This document shows positions 57,601-64,000 of a DNA stretch of 64,000 bases, piece by piece. The stretch comes from Octopus vulgaris. Taxonomy: Eukaryota. A program made the translations under genes and the position numbers. The stretch lies in the NCBI GenBank assembly GCA_951406725.2, contig OX597822.1:78926001-78990000 (forward strand). Direction: 5' to 3'. How positions within the stretch are numbered: the stretch's first letter is position 1; each line of letters begins with the position of its first letter. The notes below the pieces were generated by a model that searched no databases, had not been told where the DNA came from, and saw only the letters and a list, made by a program, of their open reading frames with translations.

Positions 57601-58914
57601 ATGAGAGAGAGAGTCTCTATGTGGCTGATCAACTGTTAGAAACAGCAACCCAAACCTTCCTTATTTCCCATCTTACTGTTTAAAAATGGAGGGGCATAAT
57701 GGATATTGTAGTTCTTGATATATTATGTAGGAAACACAAACATACACACACAAAAAAGAAAAAAAACATAGGTTGGTTATTGCAGGAACATCATTCATCA
57801 TATGGTCTGTTGGATCATGAATGATCATGAGCTAAACAACAAGAGTGACAGTAACAACATCAATACAAGACAACAAAATTATCTCACAGAATGTTAAAGG
57901 CATAACTACCTTCATGGTACAGTTCTCTCCATTTATCTGTTTCAAACCCCGAATAAAGAGAAAGAGTGGGGGAAAAAAACAAGAAAAAACCTAAAGTGTT
58001 AGTAAAGTGTTAGATAAAATTGATAAAAATAAACACTGAAACATCAATCTACAGGTTAATAAAGAAAAGCAACATGGGTTTGTGTGATATTCATGTCTTT
58101 CTGAAAAGGCTTTAATGGATGTAAAGTAAAGAGAACTGGTTTCTATTGGGAATCAAAATCAACTGGGTTAGGTTTTACTTTCAGGTAGTTTACTTCTCAC
58201 ACTACTGGTGCTTACCGAATTGTATCTCAGAATAAATGGATGGTTTAGTGAAGTCAAATCTGACTTCTGGTGGTCCTTTGGAACATCTATATCAATAAAG
58301 TGTTTCTGGCACCAACAAATATGGTTTGCCATTGTCTTCCTTGGGCTGTCAATTGCTCTTTTGTTTTTTTTTATAGGGTAATTGAACTCAGCACTTATTT
58401 GATGCTAAACGAACTAAGTTATTTGTAAGTTTAAGTGTTACAGCAGCTGAGACAATGCTATTGTGCAGATAGGACACAAACTGCCAACCTGCCAGCCACC
58501 TTATTCATTAAGCCCTCAACCCTCAAGTCCACCTGGTAAGCTTTCACACAATTTATCAACTACATCTCATGCATTAGGAACTACACAACTAAGATGGCAT
58601 GAACTGGGATTGAACACAGAACCACATAGTTGTGAAGTCAATTTCTGAACTTCCATAACCATGGAGCTCCTGAATTGTAACTCTTAAGAAAAGATGCTTA
58701 GATTTAAAAAACAAAACAATAGTACAATATGAATTTTACAATCAATGGCTGTAGAAATAGTAGAGTGCTTGAGCCCATAGATATGTTAAGTAGTCACTGT
58801 CTTAGCATGTTAATCTCACAGATAAGATTAGAGTTAGATCAGTTTGTTTTGTTGTATTTCATACAGAAATAATCAAAATATTAGAAATGGGATTGAGGAG
58901 AAAATAAGCCTTAC

Positions 58915-59002
58915 TGTCTTCATCATGTTTTATGCCTAAATTGTGTCCAATCATGTGAGCCAGAACAGAAGCAGCTTGCTGAGGTTCGAATGGGCGGTCA
59001 CT
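58915..59002 (-). CDS. ADAM exon with degenerate zinc-binding motif HMIGHNLGIKHD
   Basis: tctttcag|SDRPFEPQQAASVLAHMIGHNLGIKHDED|gtaagg. 88 nt, phase 0/1. Confidence 0.96.
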
Positions 59003-59108
59003 CTGAAAGAAACCAATTTTTTTTATATTTCAAAAGATAAAAAAAAATCCAGTTGAACTGTAATGTAAATAAAAACATTTAACATACCCAGGAAATCATA
59101 ATTTACTA

Positions 59109-59270
59109 TATTTACTTGAGTACAAGTCACAACCTTAATTTAGTGTTAAATCTTGGTACAAAATGTTTTCCTTTCATACATAGTTTTAGCTTTGCCCCAT
59201 GTATAAGTCACACTCCAGTTTTTCAGCTAAAATCAAGCATAAAATAGTGTGACTCATACATGAGTAAATA
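59109..59270. mobile_element. Tc1/pogo-type MITE relic
   Basis: Imperfect TIRs tatttacttgagtacaagtcaca / tgtgactcatacatgagtaaata, plus an internal copy of the motif. Confidence 0.6.
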
Positions 59271-59457
59271 TCATGTTATTTCTTTATATTTTTCAGTATG
59301 TAAAGCAAGTTAATTTAGGTTACCAACAAAATTGTTTACCAAATTACAAGGTAAATTGTTTTATCTATTCAACTAATTAATGACCTTCTTCCCACTGGAG
59401 GATTTGAATTCAGCACTGCAAGTGAACAGAACACATGTCAATTTCATAACACTTCCA

Positions 59458-59635
59458 AAATGGCAAGCTGGCAGAAACGTTAGCACACTGGGTGAAATGC
59501 TTAGCTGTATTTTGTCTGGCTTTACATTCTGGCCTTTCAGGGTCGATAGATTAAGTACCAGTTGCGTACTGGGGTCAATCTAATCAACTGGTCCTCTCCA
59601 CCCAAATTTCAGGCCTTGTGCCTAAAGTAGAAATG
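59458..59635 (+). mobile_element. SINE with 18 bp target-site duplication
   Basis: aatttcataacacttcca at 59440-59457 and 59636-59653. Confidence 0.88.
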
Positions 59636-60160
59636 AATTTCATAACACTTCCACTGCTTGCAATAGTGAATTAATCCACACTTCTTTAGAGTTTGGTTAA
59701 GCCGACATAGGAGCCTTTATATGTTCATTTGACCTATTAGAAATTGTGGTGAAATCTTCCTCATATAGGAAGGAAGGAATTGGATAATGTAGCCCAAGAC
59801 ATCTCTAAAAAGATGAGGTGAGATAGTTATGGTTGGATTATCTTCAAGCCTAGTTTTGCTCAATCAATGTGTTTAAACAACAATCCCTTAGAACTAAGTG
59901 GATCTGATCACTGAAAATAACTAAATAAACAATGTTATTTCATCCAGCATACCATATTTGCTTTGCTGATATATTAGTTTTGTTGGTAGCCCCTGACCCT
60001 TTCATTGCATAAACATCAACTAATATTTACCATCTTACATTTTGACCACATATTTTGGAAGAGAAAATAGACTATTTAATTGATATCCAGTACTTGATTG
60101 ATTTTATTGAACCTGGTAGGATGAAATTTGAACTCAGCAGGATTTGAACTTGGAATGGAA

Positions 60161-60953
60161 GTGTACATGTGCACTAAGTTTTAACGTTCTGGCTTACTTC
60201 CACTGCTTACAGCAGTGCTTGCAAGGAAGGTGTGCAGCATGTGATCATTGCATTTGACCACGAGAGAGAAAGTTGTCATGGCGATACCTGTTCAGAGAAC
60301 TGCACAAAGTTGCAGAAAGTGTATGGAGAGGAATGTATGAGCTGCACACAAGTGTATGAGTGGTTCAGACGTTTCTAAGATGGCCAAAAAATTAACGATA
60401 ATGACAAATGTTCTGGGAGACCTGCAACCAGCAGAGCTGAGAAAAACATCGTAGATGTGTGTGCTGCTGTGAGAGAAAATCATTGAATCACAATCCATGA
60501 GTTATCAAAAGATGTGCAGATTAGTTATGGTTCAGTTCAGTCTAATATCATTGAAGATTTGGGTATGAGACACATGTCTGCCAAGTTTGTGCCAAAACTG
60601 CTTTCAATTGACCAAAAAGACACTTGGGTTGCAGTTGCACAAGATTTCTTTGACTGTGTCAAGAATGCTGAAAATTTTTTTGAAAACTTTGCATAAGCCT
60701 TTGAACAGGTATTGCCAAGCTTTTGGCAGAATTAGATGCAGATTCCTTGCTCAACTTTCTCTGTCATGGTCAATGCAACAATCACACACTACACACCTTC
60801 CTTCCAAGCACTGCTGTAGTGAAGTGAGCTAGAACGTTAAAACTTAGTGCGCATGCACAGTAGAGTTCAAAGTCAATCTGTGCCAAGCAGCTTCACTCTG
60901 CGTGCTTTAGCTTCGTTACTATAGCAACAGTCCAGATACTTATTGATCAGACC
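60161..60953 (+). mobile_element. Non-autonomous mariner derivative with long inverted repeats
   Basis: Inverted repeat 60161-60275 / 60752-60858 encloses N-terminal transposase remnants (VYGEECMS..VYEWFRRF, SGRP, LGMRHMSAKFVPKLLS). The right end agtccagatacttattgatcagacc is TIR-like. Confidence 0.85.
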
Positions 60954-61332
60954 ATGAATTCAATTGACACCGAATGGATGAAAGGCAAAATGACCATGGC
61001 AGAATTTGAACTCAGAATGTAAAGAACCAGGAGAAATGCTGCTAAGCATTTTGTCCAATGTGCTCACCACCTTTCTGCTTTGTAAATATAATAATAATAA
61101 TAATTGTTTTTAATGACGACATTGATAGAAATAAGAATTTGAGTTATTTAGACCTGTATATTATGATTGCTGAAATTTAAAACCTCAACTGTTTAACACT
61201 GCCATCAAGGATTCCTTCTGGTTAAATAACTATTTAAAAAATAATCCTCCATTCCTGATAGCTGTTAGAAACAATGAAGAAAATTGAGACAGTATGAAAG
61301 CCTTCTCTAAGCAGTACAAAGGTCATACATAC

Positions 61333-61414
61333 CCTGGAAACACCAACTGCTCTATCTGTGCAGAGAGAATCTGGAATCGACATCCCAGATACCTTGTGGT
61401 CCAGTTCCTGACTC
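61333..61414 (-). CDS. ADAM exon, reprolysin-like domain
   Basis: ttttatgcag|SQELDHKVSGMSIPDSLCTDRAVGVSR|gtatgt. 82 nt, phase 2/0. Confidence 0.92.
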
Positions 61415-61679
61415 CTGCATAAAACAAGAAGAATAAAAAAATTGTATTTTTAAAGAGATTTGTCTTTTTTTCTTTTTTATACACACATAGATACTATCAG
61501 GGACATTTTAATACCAACAGAGCTCCATAATCAGCTACAAAACAACTAATCTACTACATAATGTGGGATAATTAGAGAGAGAAAAGGAATGGAGAGAGAG
61601 AGAGAGGGGGATGGAGATAGGTAGATAACTAGATACAGAGAGGGGAAGGGAGGAGGATGAGGTAGCCGAGCACACTTAC

Positions 61680-61849
61680 GTGACGAGATGTACCAGGGTG
61701 TTGTTGAGAGCCTGTGGCATGTTATTCCTTTTGAATTCCAGAAGGTTCGTCAAAGTTTCCCTGACATTAGAACTAACCTCAATCTGGTTCTCACTGTTCC
61801 ACAGTTCCATGTACACCAAAGACAACCGTACAGACACTTCTTTGTAATA
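61680..61849 (-). CDS. ADAM exon, reprolysin-like domain
   Basis: tttcttacag|YYKEVSVRLSLVYMELWNSENQIEVSSNVRETLTNLLEFKRNNMPQALNNTLVHLV-T|gtaagt. 170 nt, phase 0/2. Confidence 0.93.
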
Positions 61850-63439
61850 CTGTAAGAAAGAAACAAACATTATAACAAATATACAAACAAACAACAAATA
61901 TGCATGCCCCTATCAAAGATAGAAATCCACAGCTTAGATCATAGGGAACACAACACCTGAACATGTCCTCATCACCTCTCCTAAACCAATCTTTTCTTCT
62001 CCCTATTTTTAGCCTTTCCACTAATTGCTATGTGTATTTTTCAGAGATGAAAGTTCCATCAGTGGAGCTTTTGTCTGTAAGTGGAGAAAGGAAAGCTTCA
62101 AAAACAAACCTCTCTTGACTAGTAAGTAATATTTCTATTGGAAAAGTTGAGGAGAAAACCCTCTGATATACAACATCTGGTTCAAATAGTCTCTGACCAC
62201 TCTACACTTGTTTGTCATTAGATACTTAAATAATAGATCACATGTTATACAATCATACATACAAATATATTTGTAAATCTATATGTATATATGCATACAT
62301 GTGTGTATGTGCATGCAGTGGAGGTGCAACTGAAGGCAATCAGAGATTAAATCAATTAAAATACACTACAAAGACCACCACAAGTTCATATCCTTGTTGC
62401 AGTGTGGTGGCTTGTGTGCCTCAATGATCCCGAAAGTTATACTGGAGTGTAAGCTCTTGGTAAGGCCTCCCATTCTGGACAGGTCAAAGGACAGAAGTCA
62501 GACTAATCTAATATGCACCATTTCTTCCCAGAGTTAAAATGGGTTTGTGTAGGACCAACAAGACTAGGGAGAAGAAACAGAAAAGACAGCCTAGAGTTGA
62601 GAACAGCAGAGAAAAGTCCTCGATGGCTTGTGCTCCATAGAGAATGAAGAGCTTCAGTACATAGTAAGTATACTACAAAGGATAAAAAGTTAAAAAGAAA
62701 ACAAAACATGATGAGTTTAATAGCTTAGTAAATTTCAAATTGCTAAAATAACTTGTCTCACAAACTTAACATTTTTCATAATTATTAATAACGTCAGAAA
62801 CTTAAACAACTCATTTAATACAAATATAAATAAAGTTAGAAGCATACAAAGAAGAAAAACGAAAATAATACAAGTAAAACTAGAGCTCATTAAAATAAAG
62901 AACTGTAATATAGGCATAATATATGTGCAAAGCCATAGAGAGGTTATAGTTAGTTACATTGAGTTTAATAAATAACTGGGATTTAGTTTATTGAACACTG
63001 GAAGGATGGAAAAAAGACTCAATGTCAGTACAAATGATTTGAAAGAGAACATAAGACATAACTGAATACAGTAATTTATTGAGTCTACTATTCATCCATT
63101 AATCTTGAAAATAATAATATTGAGTAAACAAGAGAGACTCTAAATAGTCACCTGACCATGTACAAGCTCTCTCATTGGCTCAACATGCCTTATTATTTTC
63201 ATGGATAAAATTTCAGCCAAATCTCTTTCAAATTACAATCTTACTTTAAAAAGACAAAAACACAATAGATAATGTAGTCCTAGATAGCTTTAAACACACA
63301 AGGTAATTATGGGCTGAATAACTTAGATCATAGGTCTTGAATAGGATTGACATAGGAGTCAAAAAAAACATAAGACATGGTAACATAATTGCAGTATGGA
63401 CAAGAGTATCAAATGAAACATCAAAATAGACACACTTAC

Positions 63440-63511
63440 TGCATCAAGGATATTAGTTGTTCCTAGGGCATAGCGCAGCATATCAGGTCTGGTAAGGTTA
63501 AGGGGTTTGTA
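63440..63511 (-). CDS. ADAM (mind-meld/ADAM11-22-23-like) exon, first in window; metalloprotease-like domain
   Basis: tttttcag|YKPLNLTRPDMLRYALGTTNILDA|gtaagt. 72 nt, phase 0/0, joins YYKEV of the next exon. Confidence 0.85.
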
Positions 63512-63619
63512 CTGAAAAATAGATAAAATAAATATAAGTGTCATAGACCACAGAGTTGTAGTAAGGAGGATAGGTAGCACTGAAGAAAGAAACACCTCAT
63601 CTCCATGAAGTGCCTTTAG

Positions 63620-63866
63620 CAGTGGCTATCAACTCGGGTCCATACAACCCTTGGGAATCTACAGAAGATTCCAATTCTTAAAATATGTGTGTAATAAATT
63701 GGTTATACTCTTACAATACACAAAAATATTTTAACTTTTTTTTATACAATTTCTTATGATATTTAATTATAAAAAGAATTTTTTAAACACTGAATGGCTA
63801 TGAAGGTCCATCCAAATAAAATGGGAATCAAAGGGTCACTAGGTAAAAACCAGTTGAGAACCACTG
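63620..63866. mobile_element. hAT (Charlie-like) MITE
   Basis: TIR CAGTGGCTATCAAC / GTTGAGAACCACTG; ctttag on both flanks, so the target duplication is imperfect. Confidence 0.75.
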
Positions 63867-64000
63867 CTTTAGGGTAAGTCAGACTGGTAGATCCCATCAT
63901 TCTCACAGCAACACATATATAGCAAAATTTGAACTCAGTTCTGTAAATCTGTGGACACTTCACCATTTATACAGAGCTACCACCGCTGCTATCTCCTCAT

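Overview
This is AT-rich, repeat-dense animal genomic DNA. The SINE and microsatellite repertoire suggests an octopus (coleoid cephalopod), which is an inference. Two convergent spliced genes are present. On the + strand are the last three coding exons of a GAPDH (1924-8612). On the - strand are 18 exons (63511 down to 29800, 1125 codons, all splice phases compatible) of a type I membrane ADAM of the mind-meld/UNC-71/ADAM11-22-23 type; its 5' end lies outside the window. The ADAM zinc motif reads HMIGHNLGIKHD, so the catalytic Glu is replaced by Met, and its cytoplasmic tail is about 580 aa. The rest consists of tRNA-derived and RTE-tail SINEs, mariner relics, piggyBac-, hAT- and Tc1-type MITEs, RLE-LINE relics and a 3.3 kb (TA)n-derived satellite. 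Most notable is a 540 bp foldback (15698-16236) between TA repeats. Each arm carries a candidate minimal Penelope-type hammerhead ribozyme with the compensatory U3-A8 core. Other leads are a possible intronic-polyA ADAM isoform ending in a PDZ ligand, intronic dsRNA structures that could be ADAR substrates, and a possible very long ADAM 3'UTR. Most ORFs in the supplied track are spurious.
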